The notes under the pieces were generated by a model. The model saw only the letters and a list, made by a program, of their open reading frames with translations, was not told the DNA's origin and searched no databases. The position numbers were made by a program, and so were the translations under genes. From a bacterium (GTDB lineage: Bacteria; Patescibacteriota; Microgenomatia; Daviesbacterales; UBA10151), in the NCBI GenBank assembly GCA_021786105.1, contig JAJYNW010000006.1, positions 7,012 through 71,011 of the forward strand: a stretch of DNA of 64,000 nucleotides, given 5' to 3'. Below, in pieces: positions 63,555 through 64,000 of the stretch. The number at the start of each line of letters is the position of its first letter. Position 1 is the first letter of the stretch.

Positions 63555-64000
63555 ATGAATAACACGTTTTATTTCTTAAGACATGGAGAAACAAGAAAAG
63601 ACAGAAATCTACCAATTAGTCAGTGGACACTTTCAGATAAGGGAAAGGAACAAGCTGAAAAGTTAGCCAGAGAGAAGATTTTTAATGATATAGATATCAT
63701 TTTCTCTTCCACAGAGGAAAAAGCTTTCCAAACTGCTAAACCCATTGCTGATTCTTTGGGAAAGGAAATAACTCAGTTGCAAGAGATTAGTGAACTAAAT
63801 AGAGATCAAGGAGGATTTATAGAGGATGAGGAATATGCGAAGGTTATAAAATACTGTTTAGAAAACTTGAATGGATCAATTCATAATTGGGAAACAGCAA
63901 CCCATGCCTTAGAAAGATTTTCAAGAAAAACTGAAGAATTGGATAAAGAGTATGAAAATCAGAAGATATTAGTGGTGGGACATGGCTTCACCATAAATTT
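63555..64000 (+). CDS. Histidine phosphatase (phosphoglycerate-mutase-like) family protein; 3' end truncated by the window edge
   Basis: 'FYFLRHGETRKD' is the RHG catalytic motif. A later 'VVGHGF' carries the second His. The ORF continues past position 64000. Confidence 0.7.
   Translation, partial: MNNTFYFLRHGETRKDRNLPISQWTLSDKGKEQAEKLAREKIFNDIDIIFSSTEEKAFQTAKPIADSLGKEITQLQEISELNRDQGGFIEDEEYAKVIKYCLENLNGSIHNWETATHALERFSRKTEELDKEYENQKILVVGHGFTIN

Overview
This is a gene-dense 64-kb window (~43% GC, mostly co-directional short operons, strong GGAGG-type ribosome-binding sites). It is most plausibly from a small-genome, CPR/Patescibacteria-like bacterium, which is an inference from gene content: SipW-type signal peptidases, a sortase, a type-IV pilin, Pro/Thr-rich linkers, many orphan hypotheticals and odd tRNAs. 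Confidently recognisable housekeeping genes: cysS; a frameshifted fabH; rsmI; dedA; lexA; uvrB, uvrA and uvrC; secG; an NRAMP transporter; pyk; typA; a ROK glucokinase; a gnd-like 6PGDH; zwf; an archaeal-type PGI/PMI; gmk; and two paralogous GAF-histidine kinases. RNA genes are two tRNA-Lys (TTT and CTT) and one tRNA-Arg-like gene, all on the minus strand.

The most interesting non-housekeeping content falls into four groups:
- Two paralogous loci (19.1-23.0 kb and 35.1-38.9 kb), each encoding a SipW-type signal peptidase plus several TasA/camelysin-like secreted proteins carrying 'SipW-cognate' signal peptides. One peptidase is fused to a lamin-tail domain, and the second locus also has cohesin- and dockerin-like modules. 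I read these as candidate secreted-fibre or surface-appendage assembly systems.
- Next to both tRNA-Lys genes sits a conserved ~110-130-nt element. It starts with a copy of the first 19 nt of that locus's own tRNA and continues with hairpins whose stems differ between the two loci by compensatory changes. This looks like an undescribed tRNA-associated structured RNA or an attachment-site relic.
- Several small repeat families: a ~110-nt intergenic repeat in two copies, and an ~80-bp MITE-like family with TGTCATCC...GGAATGACA ends. One MITE-like copy sits in the uvrB promoter, one rewrites the 3' end of gmk, and a core motif from the family is inserted into the second copy of the 110-nt repeat. 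There is also an IS200/RAYT-like Y1 transposase flanked by direct repeats with a CTACCTCGGAGGTAG hairpin.
- Small islands next to each tRNA-Lys carrying a DUF3800 paralog, a Fic protein, a truncated GT39/ArnT-like gene fragment, a 2H phosphoesterase and orphan ORFs. One island is AT-rich and bounded by ~55-bp direct repeats.

Three genes (fabH, a PIN/VapC-like gene, yhhQ) carry single-base frameshifts, two of them at homopolymers. No CRISPR array or rRNA gene was seen.
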